Assembly: GCA_963706325.1 (NCBI GenBank)
Contig: CAVPLT010000005.1
Coordinates: 1 to 64,000, forward strand
Direction: 5' to 3'
DNA: 64,000 nucleotides
DNA from: an uncultured Nitrospiraceae bacterium
Lineage (GTDB): Bacteria; Nitrospirota; Nitrospiria; Nitrospirales; Nitrospiraceae
Shown: piece after piece, positions 41,158-50,428 of the stretch
Layout of the letters: every line of letters begins with the position of its first letter
Position numbering within the stretch: position 1 is the stretch's first letter
Notes under the pieces: generated by a model
What the model was told of the DNA's origin: nothing
The model's input: the letters and a program-made list of their open reading frames with translations, nothing else
Databases searched by the model: none
Translations under genes and position numbers: made by a program

Positions 41158-42648
41158 ATGCTCAATCGTATTTTTGGGCTTGAAACAGAATATGGCCTGT
41201 TGGTGAATCAGGATCGTCCTGAGTATTCACCCTCGCGGGTGGCCCAACGCATACGCGACCACATCTTTCATGTCGATCGGCGCGGAGTGATGGATCTTCA
41301 TCATCGAGGGCACGATGAGCCGCCTGGTAACGGCGGATTCTTGACAAACGCCGGTCGCATCTATATCGACATGGGGCACTTGGAGTACGCGTCGCCGGAA
41401 TGTACGACGCTGGCAGACCTGGTCGCTTCGGACCGTGCGGGAGATCAAATTATCCAGAATACGGTGACCGCATTGGGCCTGGAAGCCTCCGTCTCGATCA
41501 TCAAAAACAATATCGATCACGAAACTGATGCGACGTTCGGCTCGCACGAAAATTACCTGGTCACTCGACAATTTCCGTTTTCCCGGCGAGGGCTCGGCCC
41601 GCTGGTCACGTTCTTGGTCACGCGGCAAGTATTTACGGGATCCGGGCGGATCGGCTGCGCGAGTGATCCCAACGAATGGGTGCAGGTCGGAGGGCTTATC
41701 TTGCATCGGCCGGGGCTGCGGGATGCCCAGGATCGATCCATCGTGCCGTTCCAAATCTCCCAACGGGCTGACTATATCGTCAACGACTTTTTCGAATGGG
41801 TGCAGCATAACCGGGCGATCGTCAATACGCGAGACGAACCGTTGGCTGATCCCAATCAGTACCGCCGAATCCACCTCCTGTGCGGGGATTCCAATATGGC
41901 TGAATACGCCACGGCCCTCAAAATGGGAACCACCGGGCTCGTGTTGCAATTGATTGAGGCCGGGCAGGCGCCGCGAGGTTTGGGGATCGACGAACCGGTG
42001 GAGGCTCTCCAGGATATTTCACGGGATCCGGATCGTCAGTGGATCGTGCGATTGGAGTCGGGGCAATCGATCTCCGCGATTGATGTTCAAGAACAATTTC
42101 TCGCCGCGGCGCAGCGCTATTGCAAGGGGCAGGACGAAGAGACCGATTGGGTACTGGAGCAATGGGAAGCCGTGCTGGTGGATCTGCGGGGCGACTATGC
42201 GAAGCTGGTGGGCCGAATCGATTGGGCCTCGAAATTATGGCTTTTGGAGACCTATCGTGAGGCGGAGCAGGTTGGGTGGGATGATCCCATGCTGAAGAGC
42301 CTTGATTTGGAATATCACAATCTTCATCCCGCGCGAGGACTGTGTTATGGCTTGGAAGATGAGGGACGCGGTCCTCGATTGACCACCGACAAGGGCGTCC
42401 GTTTGGCGCAAGACAATCCGCCTCGTAACACGCGAGCCTTCGGTCGAGGTGAGCTGGTCCGGCATTTGTTGGGCCATGGCACCTCGGAAACTCCAGGCGA
42501 TGAAGTCGTGGAGGCCGACGATCAGTTGGCCTGCCACTATATTATCAACTGGTCGAATTTCAAAGTGCGGGGCACGTCGCCATTCTTTATGGCGGACCCG
42601 TTCAAAACGTACGTGACGGAAGTTCGCGACCATCTTGCCGGTCGCTAG
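41158..42648 (+). CDS. pafA: PafA-like Pup/UBact-protein ligase
   Basis: RIFGLETEYG, FLTNAGRIYIDMGHLEYASPEC, GSHENY, NTRDEP, TRAFGRG, C-terminal DPF. Confidence 0.85.
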   Translation: MLNRIFGLETEYGLLVNQDRPEYSPSRVAQRIRDHIFHVDRRGVMDLHHRGHDEPPGNGGFLTNAGRIYIDMGHLEYASPECTTLADLVASDRAGDQIIQNTVTALGLEASVSIIKNNIDHETDATFGSHENYLVTRQFPFSRRGLGPLVTFLVTRQVFTGSGRIGCASDPNEWVQVGGLILHRPGLRDAQDRSIVPFQISQRADYIVNDFFEWVQHNRAIVNTRDEPLADPNQYRRIHLLCGDSNMAEYATALKMGTTGLVLQLIEAGQAPRGLGIDEPVEALQDISRDPDRQWIVRLESGQSISAIDVQEQFLAAAQRYCKGQDEETDWVLEQWEAVLVDLRGDYAKLVGRIDWASKLWLLETYREAEQVGWDDPMLKSLDLEYHNLHPARGLCYGLEDEGRGPRLTTDKGVRLAQDNPPRNTRAFGRGELVRHLLGHGTSETPGDEVVEADDQLACHYIINWSNFKVRGTSPFFMADPFKTYVTEVRDHLAGR

Positions 42649-42656
42649 GTGCTTAC

Positions 42657-43577
42657 CTATCGTCTCATTCCGATCCGCTCGATAGCCCCCTTCGAGACGT
42701 CAAACGCAAACCGCAGTTGCACCGCGAAGTACTTCTGGACCAATCCGGAGCTGTCCAACGGGCGGTCTTCCTCCCGATAAAACGCGACTTCCATGTCCTT
42801 CCAACGAAGGGCAATGCCGATAATCCAGTCAAGTTCCGAGGGATTGAGGGTGTTGCTAGCATCGCGATCGGTAAAGAAATTCATGTCTCCATACAGCACC
42901 ACCTTGTTCTTATACAGATCCAGGTCGGCATGGGCCACGTAGCGGAAGAGCGCCCGTCCCGTATTGTTCGGGCGCGCGAAGTATTGGCTGTTGTAGAAGA
43001 GCCATCCTGCGCCGGCATAGGCCGTGAGATTTTGGTTGGGAAACGTCCGTCGCCACCATGTGGATTCTTGAACGGCTTGGAAGCGGGCCGTCACCAGCGC
43101 ATCGGCATAGGCCTGTTTGAGCCCGCTACGGTCGAGCGGAGCATCGCGTTCATATTGCAGGCGCCAATTGAACCGGTCGAGCACGCCGGTGAACGCAAAG
43201 GTGCCGTCCCATTCAGACAGTTCGATCCATCCGTTAGTGCGGTCCGAGAAAAAGTTCTGATCGGTGTAAAACGTGAGGTACTGCTTGTAAAGGTCCGTTT
43301 CCAAGTGCAGCATGTGCCGCATGCCGACAAGCCCTGAATTGTCCGGCCTGGCGGCGAACGACGGATTCTTTACAAAGGCGCCGGTAAGCAGGTACCCGCC
43401 GAATAGGGTTTCTTCTTCTTCACGACCCTCGCGGCCCGGTTCCTCCATGGAGGGGAGTGGACGTCCATATTTTTCCAGCCCAAATACCTGTCCAACCCCG
43501 AAAGTCGCAAAGAGAAGGCAGCCAGTCAACAGCGCGTGGATGAGTGGTTTTCGATTGCAGCGAGGGCCGGCCATCAT
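42657..43577 (-). CDS. hypothetical exported, possibly outer-membrane beta-barrel protein
   Basis: Signal peptide and aromatic-rich beta strands. The ERDAPLDRSGLKQ / EEDRPLDSSGLVQ pair suggests an internal repeat. ATGA-coupled to the upstream gene. Confidence 0.65.
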   Translation of the reverse strand: MMAGPRCNRKPLIHALLTGCLLFATFGVGQVFGLEKYGRPLPSMEEPGREGREEEETLFGGYLLTGAFVKNPSFAARPDNSGLVGMRHMLHLETDLYKQYLTFYTDQNFFSDRTNGWIELSEWDGTFAFTGVLDRFNWRLQYERDAPLDRSGLKQAYADALVTARFQAVQESTWWRRTFPNQNLTAYAGAGWLFYNSQYFARPNNTGRALFRYVAHADLDLYKNKVVLYGDMNFFTDRDASNTLNPSELDWIIGIALRWKDMEVAFYREEDRPLDSSGLVQKYFAVQLRFAFDVSKGAIERIGMRR

Positions 43578-43972
43578 TCTTGGCAGCGGGCGAAAATCTC
43601 TTCGCAGTCGTTCGAGGCATCTACCGAACTGGGTGCGAAACGGTACTGAACCAACTCGACTCGATTTTGTTGAAGCATCACCGTCGCCCAACAGCCATGA
43701 TGCGCTGTCGGACGGCTGCTCTTTGACGACACCATGGACTCTTCGAGCAGCGGCGCTTCACGGTAATAACGAAGCAGAGTGAACGTTTCATCGTGCCACT
43801 CGCGCAACGGCATGCCGGCGCAGGACAGAACCTCTTCTCTGCTTTGGCCCCGCAACGATTGCTGGTGGGGATATCCTTCCGTGCTAGGTTGGGCCTGGTG
43901 GCAGGCCAGCAGCCACAGCACCGCGATGACGATTAGCAGGCCCTGAACTACCCGAGAGGGAATAGCGTGCAT
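43574..43972 (-). CDS. hypothetical lipoprotein (SmpA/OmlA-like)
   Basis: Lipobox LLAC, GQSREEVLSCAGMP. Confidence 0.6.
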   Translation of the reverse strand: MHAIPSRVVQGLLIVIAVLWLLACHQAQPSTEGYPHQQSLRGQSREEVLSCAGMPLREWHDETFTLLRYYREAPLLEESMVSSKSSRPTAHHGCWATVMLQQNRVELVQYRFAPSSVDASNDCEEIFARCQE

Positions 43973-44302
43973 AGAGGTAACTTCCGGCAAAGAACGTACG
44001 GCACACTGGGTAGCATAGCCGTGATGTCAAAGCAACCCAGACGGTTGGACTCGGCCTGGGTGATTCTACGGGGCAGCTCGTATTTCTGGAGATCTGCATG
44101 CGTGAGCGTTGAGGCTCTCCTGCACCCAGGATGTGGACGTGGTTAGGCTGACCGTGTCGTCAGAATTGTGACAATCGTCATTGTTCTGACTAAGGGCCGC
44201 ATCATCGGCAACTATATCATTTGGTAGCGCAATCTTTGACCTGGTAGCAATCAACTAGGGTATTTCTTATAGGTGCCGATATATGTTTTTCTCGGTGAGG
44301 TG

Positions 44303-44330
44303 TTGACAAATGCGTTCATTTCCCTAGAAT
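44303..44330 (+). promoter_or_regulatory. sigma70-type promoter
   Basis: TTGACA-N16-TAGAAT. Confidence 0.65.
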
Positions 44331-44569
44331 AAGCTGCGAATACGATCAAGGTAACAGTCAGCTTTTGGCCATATCTGAGGCCGTGCGTGCCGCTTAGTCC
44401 CTCCCTGTCCTATCATCGACATCAGCCTATATCATCTGGAACTGTTCATGCGCTTGCAAGAGCGCAGCCTCGTTTTGGACTCGAAGCCTGGGTAGGCCTT
44501 TGTGATGCCAAGACTGCGCGTTACCACCACGTTGTAAGACCACGGCGAGCAATTTTACAGGAGGAATGC

Positions 44570-47302
44570 ATGTCTAATGATATGGCGATCAGTTGCGAGA
44601 GTGGGTTTGCCGTCGATGCGCTTGAGGAAGTCCGCCCTGCCGCTCTCATACCTGAGCGGAGAAAAACCTCCGAGGTTTGGTCGTTGACCATTGAGGAACG
44701 ACGAGCCTCGCGTCGCTGCCAGGTCCACCTCCCGGCAATATTGCACAACGCAGATGGTCGTCGGAGCGGAGTCGCCAAGAGTATCAGTTTCGGAGGCGTG
44801 TCCTTACATTTCTCCGGGGACGTTCTGGCCCTGCTCAACCAACATATCAGACTGGGGTTTAGTTCCAACGCCGATGAGCTCGACAGTCTTGGAGTGGTGT
44901 GCGGCCTCCGGACATTCGGGAATGGATTTCCGTTCGGCGGGACCGATGCCGAGATCAGTTTGGCCGTTCAATTTGTGCGTCTCAGCCCCGGTGATGAGCA
45001 GGTGATAGCGTCGTTGTTAGCTGAAAAGCACATTGCATCAGGCGGTCTGTGTATCAATGCTGCGCTGGTCTCACAAGAGCATGAAGAAATACTCCTCGAT
45101 GCCGGGACTCGTTCGCCGGTCGTTACTCGCAACTCTCAAGCGTGGTTGGGCGGGGGAGGCGGGGGACCTCGTCAAGAACGACGGCGGCATCGGCGGATTG
45201 CGGTGGGAGTGACGACCCAGGTGCGTCTTCGAAATAGAACCGGTGATCAATGCCTGCCTGGTGCGTTGATGAGAGATTTATCCTCGAACGGGGCCTGCGT
45301 CTATCTGCCGGCTGGAGAAGTCCTGATTGGATCGGAATTGTTTCTGCAATGGACAAGTCTGGCCGGCGGGCCTCAGAATTCGACGGTCGTATCGATATCT
45401 GCTGCGGCCTGTTCTGTGGTGGGTACAGTCGTATGGACGCAGGTGGACCGGCCAGACACGATGCCTGGTGTGCCAGGAGTCGGCCTCCGTGGGATGCTGG
45501 CCGGCCTGCGTTTTCATTCGCTTGAGAAGGGGGCGATGGAGGTCATCGAGCAGTTTCTCATACAGGTACGAGAGGGGACTACGGAGAGCGGGCTGGAGCA
45601 GCCATCGGTGATCAGTGAATTTTCGGAATGCTTTCGGTCGTCCGGATTCCGTATCGTGCTCTGTCACGATCGCCCGCTATCCGAAGTGTCGGATGATGCG
45701 CCGATCGTGGTGTTAGCTCCAGGGTATGGGGAGAGCAAGCGAGATTATGTGCCGCTGGCCTACTATCTCGCGGACAACGGTTTTCATGTCGTACGCTATG
45801 ACAATGTGAACCATGTCGGAGAAAGCGACGGAACCGTGACGCAGTTTCGGTTGCAGGATATGGAACTGGACCTAGCGGCCGTGCTGCAACACGTCGGCGA
45901 CCGATGGCCCGGTCGTTCTCTCGGTCTGGTGGCCACCAGTTTGGCCGGTCGCGTTGCTCTCAAAGTCACCGCGGGGACATCTCATGTGAAGTTGCTGGTG
46001 TTGATCAATGGGATTATGGATGTCCGGCACACCCTTCAGGCCGTGCATCAAGAAGATCTCATTGGCGAGCACCTGGCGGGCATGCGCAAGGGCGTGGTCA
46101 ACATTCTCGGTCTGACTATCGATGCGGATCGTTGGTTGGCACATGCTGTTCAGGGGAATTATGCGGATCTGGCCACGACACAGCGCGATGCCGAACGCCT
46201 GCGGACTCCTATCGTGCTGTTTCACGCCGAGCATGACGCGTGGGTGGACCCTGCGTCTATTGCAACGGTGGAGGCGGCGGTTGGGCCGAATCTGCGCCAT
46301 TCATACGTCGTGTCGGGCGCGTTGCATCGCCTTCAAGAGAGTCCCCGAAAGGCCCGGACGGTCTATCGTCAGATTGCCGAGAGTTGCCAGGAAGAATTAT
46401 GGCCGGATCGTTCTTTCGTGAAGCTGGTTGAACCGTCGCATCGGCAGATAAGTATGCAAAACCGGGTGGAGCGCGAGCGAGGCAAGGCCAGGCGCCCGAT
46501 CGGGAAGTCGGATCACGTGGCCTTTTGGAAAGACTATCTGCAGAATTTTCAGACGATTCCGAATGTCGCCGACTTCTGGCGTCTTATGGATCATGTCTAT
46601 CGCTTGATGGGTGATTGTCACCAGGGTGAACGGATATTAGATGCGGGGTGTGGCAACGGAAACCTTGGCGTATTTCTTCAGCTCAACCAAGCGTTTCGCC
46701 AGCGCTTTGCCAGACGAGGCGACTTTCGCTCTCCTAAGTATGTCGGGCTCGATTTCGTGCCTGCTGCGTTGGCACAAGCGGCGGCGAACTTCCGGCAGGT
46801 GGGAGAGACATTGCAGGGGCAGTTTTATGAGGGGCTGCGAGCGTATGTACCGATGTCGATGAAGCTATGTCGGGCCGACTTGGAGTCGCCCTTGCCGTTT
46901 CCCGATAATAGTTTTGATCGGGTCGTGTGTAATTTGGTGATAGGATATGTGCGAGACCCGCTGTTTACTCTGCGGGAGTACCTCCGTGTGTTGGCCCCGC
47001 ATGGAAGACTCGTGCTCTCAAACTTGAAGCCCTATGCGGATCTTTCTGCCATTTATCGCAGCTTTGTGGATACGGCAAAGACGCCGGATCAGGTGGAGGA
47101 AGGACGTCGACTTCTCGACAACTCCGGGCGAATCAAAGAGCGCGAGGGTGAAGGCATTTTCAACTTTCTTCACCAATCTGAGTTGGAACAGCTGTTGCGG
47201 GCCGCAGGCGCCTCTCATCCGCGGGTCTACCCCACATTCGGAAACCAGGCGCTCATTGCCGTGGCGGAGAAGGGCCTTTCCAGCATGATGGTCGCCGCAT
47301 GA
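44570..47302 (+). CDS. PilZ-PilZ / LuxD-like acyl-thioesterase / class I SAM methyltransferase fusion
   Basis: RRASRR..SISFGG and RRRHRR..DLSSNG (PilZ). LAYYLADNGFHVVRYDNVNHVGESDG, ATSLAG, HDAW, GALH (LuxD-like). ILDAGCGNG, LPFPDNSFDRVV (methyltransferase). AGGAGG RBS before ATG 44570. Confidence 0.85.
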   Translation: MSNDMAISCESGFAVDALEEVRPAALIPERRKTSEVWSLTIEERRASRRCQVHLPAILHNADGRRSGVAKSISFGGVSLHFSGDVLALLNQHIRLGFSSNADELDSLGVVCGLRTFGNGFPFGGTDAEISLAVQFVRLSPGDEQVIASLLAEKHIASGGLCINAALVSQEHEEILLDAGTRSPVVTRNSQAWLGGGGGGPRQERRRHRRIAVGVTTQVRLRNRTGDQCLPGALMRDLSSNGACVYLPAGEVLIGSELFLQWTSLAGGPQNSTVVSISAAACSVVGTVVWTQVDRPDTMPGVPGVGLRGMLAGLRFHSLEKGAMEVIEQFLIQVREGTTESGLEQPSVISEFSECFRSSGFRIVLCHDRPLSEVSDDAPIVVLAPGYGESKRDYVPLAYYLADNGFHVVRYDNVNHVGESDGTVTQFRLQDMELDLAAVLQHVGDRWPGRSLGLVATSLAGRVALKVTAGTSHVKLLVLINGIMDVRHTLQAVHQEDLIGEHLAGMRKGVVNILGLTIDADRWLAHAVQGNYADLATTQRDAERLRTPIVLFHAEHDAWVDPASIATVEAAVGPNLRHSYVVSGALHRLQESPRKARTVYRQIAESCQEELWPDRSFVKLVEPSHRQISMQNRVERERGKARRPIGKSDHVAFWKDYLQNFQTIPNVADFWRLMDHVYRLMGDCHQGERILDAGCGNGNLGVFLQLNQAFRQRFARRGDFRSPKYVGLDFVPAALAQAAANFRQVGETLQGQFYEGLRAYVPMSMKLCRADLESPLPFPDNSFDRVVCNLVIGYVRDPLFTLREYLRVLAPHGRLVLSNLKPYADLSAIYRSFVDTAKTPDQVEEGRRLLDNSGRIKEREGEGIFNFLHQSELEQLLRAAGASHPRVYPTFGNQALIAVAEKGLSSMMVAA

Positions 47303-47335
47303 TCACATGAAACAGCGTATGCTAGAGTGCCTTAA

Positions 47336-50300
47336 ATGAAAGTTCTCGCCTTCAGCGCGCTGATCAATGCCTTGGCTGCGACAGGCCTCGGCGTGTTCGT
47401 CTATCTCCGCGATCCAACCGCCGCGCGCAATCGGATTTACGGGCTGTACTGTTTGAGCATTGCCATGTGGAGCGTGTTTTACTGCGGATGGCAGCTCACC
47501 GAATCAAAGGATCTCGCGCTCATTCTGCTGCGCCTGGTGATGGCCGGGGCCACGCTCATTCCTATTCTTTACTTTCATCACACCGTGACCTTTCTCGATA
47601 TCGCGACACGTCACACCAAGACGCTGAAAGTCGGCTATATCCTCGCCGCGGTTTTCTTGCTCCTCGATACCACGCCATGGTTTGTGGCAGGGGTCCATCC
47701 CGCGATGTCGTTCCCCTTCTGGCCGGTGCCAGGCCCCTTCTTTCACCCGTTCCTCCTCTATTTTATCTGGTACGTCGTCTATGCCACCTGTCTTGTCGGC
47801 GTGGCGCTTCGAGATGCCAACGGAATTCGGCGACATCAATACGCCTATATGTTGGCCGCCAGCATTATTGGCTATGCAGGTGGGGCGACAAATTTCCCGC
47901 TCTGGTATGGAGTGCCGCTACTGCCCTACGGGACGGTTCTCATTACGATGTATACGGCGCTGATGGCGTATACGATCGTTCGTTATCGGCTGATGAATAT
48001 CAGTGTGGTGCTGAACAAGGGCCTCGGCTATGCCATTGTGTTGGCCATTATTGTGGTGGCGACTTCAATCGGGGCGGTTCTCAGTCATCGTGCCACCGGA
48101 CACTCGACGCCCCCTTTACTTGCCGGCACACTTTTCCTGATTTGCGCCTTATGGGTACTCAGCAACAATCCCCGGTCGACGGCGAATATCCTGTTCAGCG
48201 GCGTCTGCGGCGCAGCCTGTTTTTGGTTGTTCGGTTGCTTCATGTTGTTCTCGGCGTCTCACGAAGATGAGGCGCACTTTTGGATGCAGGTCATCTATAT
48301 CGGCATTGCACTCTTGCCCGCGTTGACCTATCACTTTGCGCAGAGCCTTACCGGATGGGCCTCCCACGACCGCCTGATCACCTGGAACTATGCCCTTGGC
48401 GGTGTATTTGCAGGACTAGTGTCCACTTCCTACTTATTCGACGGCCACTACATATATTACTGGGGGCGATACCCCAAGGCTGGAGTCCTCCATCCCGCGT
48501 TAGTTTTGTATGTGGTGGCAGGCGGGTGCCTGACTCTTTACCGTCTCTATCAGGGGTACCGTCTGCACGTCCGCTCGTCTCCGCTGTTGGGGGCACAATT
48601 GAAATATACCCTGGCAGCTCTCGCGCTTGGGTTCATGTCCTCTTTCGACTTTCTGCAAAATTACGGCATGGGTTTCTATCCCGTAGGTTACCTGCTCGCG
48701 GGTTTATCGGTCACCGTCGTCGCCTATGCCATTGCTCGCTACGAATTGATGGATGTGTCATTTGTTCCGACCCGCCCCAAAGTGATGCTGTCCATCAAGC
48801 TCATGGGGCTGATTCCGGCCTACATGATGATCCTGCTGGTCATTCGTATTTTTACCGGCACGTTTCACTACTTTTTGGCCGGGGTGCTGTTTGGGTTGTT
48901 CGTCATTGTATCAAGCGGGTTGGCCAACCTTCAGAAAGGCGTGGAGCGGGCCATTGGACAAACGCTGTTTCGGGAGCGCTATGACGCCTACGATACCCTA
49001 GTGCAGTTTTCCAAGTCGCTTGTGGCGATTCTTGAATTGAAGTCTCTCACGAAAGAGATCGTTCAAACGCTGGCGCGAGTGATGAACATCAAGACGGCCT
49101 CGGTGTACGTGCTGGACAAGGAGCAGGGGATCTATAGCTTGACGGCGTCGTATGGGTTTGGATCCCGTGATTCTCAGGTGCCCCCGATCAAGATGGAGAG
49201 CGAATTCCCCAAGGCATTGTTGCGAACGGAAACGGCCCTTGTTCGAGAGGAGATCGAATACGATAAGGCGGATGCTGACCACGTAAGGCTGCTCAATACG
49301 TTGCAAGGGTTGGAGTCAGAAGTCTGCATTCCGTTGATCAGCAAGGAGCGTCTCGTCGGGTTTTGCAACCTGGGGCGTCGGTCCAATCAGGGCATGTACT
49401 CGACTGAGGAACTGGGACTTCTCAAAACCCTGGCGCAACATGCGGCTATCGCGATCGACAATGCCTTGCTCTACGAAGACTTGCGTCGATCGCAACTGCT
49501 GATGCGACGAACCGATCGGCTGCGGTCGCTCGAAACCATGGCCGGTGGGTTTGCGCATGAGATTCGCAATCCCTTGACCTCGATCAAGACATTTGTCCAG
49601 TTGGCGCCTGAGCGACGGGACGATGTGGAATTCATGGAGCAATTTAGCCAGGTGGTGTGTGAAGACGTTGAGCGAATCGAACGGCTCGTTCATGAAATTT
49701 TGGACTATGCGCGGTACATGACTCCAAAGCTTACACAGGAAAGTCTCAACGACGTGGTGTCCTCATGCCTATATTTTATTGAGGTCAAGGCGAGCAGCAA
49801 AGCCATCACGATTCAGAAAGATCTGGCTGCCGATCTCCCTTATGTGAAGTTGGATCGACAACAAATTAAACAGGTCCTGCTGAATCTCTTCATCAATGCC
49901 ATGGAAGCAATCGGCGGTGAGCAAGCAGGCCGGCTGGTTGTCCGAACGCGAAATTTGGTCAGGCCGGCCGATGATCCTTGGGTTCAGATTGAAGTGGAAG
50001 ATAGTGGGCCGGGAATCGAGCCAGGCGATCTCGACCATATCTTCGATCCGTTTTATACGACGAAGCACGAGAGCGGGGAGCGCGAAGGAACGGGGCTTGG
50101 TCTGACCATTGCGCATCAGATTGTTCAAGAGCACGGAGGCTATCTCGAAGTCACCAGTGAAGTCGGCCACGGCACAAAATTCATGGTCAATCTTCCGGTC
50201 AATCCACCAGTTGCGGAATGGCATGCCGCACAGCCAGCCTACGAAGAGGGGCGTAAACTGGTAGGAGCGTTTCTCGCAAGACCCCACCAGGGGTTGGAAG

Positions 50301-50341
50301 AGCAATTCAACAAGCCATCCCCCGTAATCAAGGCCAGCTAG
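47336..50341 (+). CDS. sensor histidine kinase with duplicated 7TM-type membrane domain, GAF, HisKA and HATPase
   Basis: Two similar membrane modules, GAF (CIPL..KERLVG..NLG), AHEIRNPL, QVLLNLFINA, DSGPGI, IFDPFYTTK, GTGLGL. Confidence 0.9.
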   Translation: MKVLAFSALINALAATGLGVFVYLRDPTAARNRIYGLYCLSIAMWSVFYCGWQLTESKDLALILLRLVMAGATLIPILYFHHTVTFLDIATRHTKTLKVGYILAAVFLLLDTTPWFVAGVHPAMSFPFWPVPGPFFHPFLLYFIWYVVYATCLVGVALRDANGIRRHQYAYMLAASIIGYAGGATNFPLWYGVPLLPYGTVLITMYTALMAYTIVRYRLMNISVVLNKGLGYAIVLAIIVVATSIGAVLSHRATGHSTPPLLAGTLFLICALWVLSNNPRSTANILFSGVCGAACFWLFGCFMLFSASHEDEAHFWMQVIYIGIALLPALTYHFAQSLTGWASHDRLITWNYALGGVFAGLVSTSYLFDGHYIYYWGRYPKAGVLHPALVLYVVAGGCLTLYRLYQGYRLHVRSSPLLGAQLKYTLAALALGFMSSFDFLQNYGMGFYPVGYLLAGLSVTVVAYAIARYELMDVSFVPTRPKVMLSIKLMGLIPAYMMILLVIRIFTGTFHYFLAGVLFGLFVIVSSGLANLQKGVERAIGQTLFRERYDAYDTLVQFSKSLVAILELKSLTKEIVQTLARVMNIKTASVYVLDKEQGIYSLTASYGFGSRDSQVPPIKMESEFPKALLRTETALVREEIEYDKADADHVRLLNTLQGLESEVCIPLISKERLVGFCNLGRRSNQGMYSTEELGLLKTLAQHAAIAIDNALLYEDLRRSQLLMRRTDRLRSLETMAGGFAHEIRNPLTSIKTFVQLAPERRDDVEFMEQFSQVVCEDVERIERLVHEILDYARYMTPKLTQESLNDVVSSCLYFIEVKASSKAITIQKDLAADLPYVKLDRQQIKQVLLNLFINAMEAIGGEQAGRLVVRTRNLVRPADDPWVQIEVEDSGPGIEPGDLDHIFDPFYTTKHESGEREGTGLGLTIAHQIVQEHGGYLEVTSEVGHGTKFMVNLPVNPPVAEWHAAQPAYEEGRKLVGAFLARPHQGLEEQFNKPSPVIKAS

Positions 50342-50428
50342 ACGACGCGCATAACCGCCATCTCGACCCCTTTGTCCTGGGGAAAACGCTGGGTGTGGTG
50401 TGTCATATTCCGCAGCAGTTGCGCAATC

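Noticed and set aside
44387..44569. N-terminal extension of the PilZ fusion from GTG 44387
   Set aside because: No RBS there, while a strong AGGAGG precedes ATG 44570.
45640..46390. Bioluminescence (lux) operon
   Set aside because: Only a LuxD-like domain is present, with no luxA/B/C/E.
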